From Vicugna vicugna (taxonomy: Eukaryota), in assembly GCA_013265495.1 (NCBI GenBank), contig MU058065.1:3947003-4011002 (forward strand): a DNA stretch of 64,000 nt, read 5' to 3'. The notes under the pieces are model-generated. The model was not told the DNA's origin and ran no database searches. It saw only the letters and a program-made list of their open reading frames with translations. This document shows positions 63,936 to 64,000 of this stretch, piece by piece (the first letter of the stretch is position 1; each line of letters opens with the position of its first letter). The position numbers and the translations under genes are program-made.

Positions 63936-64000
63936 ACCTGATCTGAAATTCTGTCTGTAATTCTGTAGGATAGCTTAATTCATGTAGTGGTTGAACAAGG

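Noticed and set aside
63913..63959. 14-bp direct repeat AAATTCTGTCTGTA
   Set aside because: Small local duplication at a MIR end; no sign of function
1..64000. CRISPR arrays, operons or other prokaryotic systems; rRNA/snRNA genes
   Set aside because: Sequence is mammalian; no repeat-spacer array or recognisable structural RNA gene was seen

Overview
Mammalian nuclear DNA, very probably camelid (Camelus/Vicugna/Lama). The evidence is a vic-1-type tRNA-derived SINE at 569-696 and several cetartiodactyl-type L1 3' ends. I cannot support any host protein-coding gene. The only recognisable protein sequences are retrotransposon ones: a young, TSD-flanked L1 ORF2 C-terminus (18182-18559, minus strand) and a probable ancient RTE/L4-like reverse-transcriptase fossil (about 36630-36884). 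The window reads as intergenic or lncRNA territory. It is dense in old repeats (MIR, L2, L1M, MLT1/MLT2, ERVL/ERV1 LTRs, hAT and Tigger MITEs), with repeat-free, homeodomain-motif-rich blocks between them that look like developmental enhancers. The most interesting signal is two promoter-like CpG clusters (about 2030-2730 and 50040-50200) that both appear to be built on antisense L2 relics. The first carries a germline-type E2F6 plus E-box signature and a strong splice donor. The second packs GC-box, ETS, NF-Y and NRF1 motifs into about 65 bp. Repeat subfamily names come from remembered consensus sequences, and most boundaries are approximate; RepeatMasker/Dfam is needed to confirm them.
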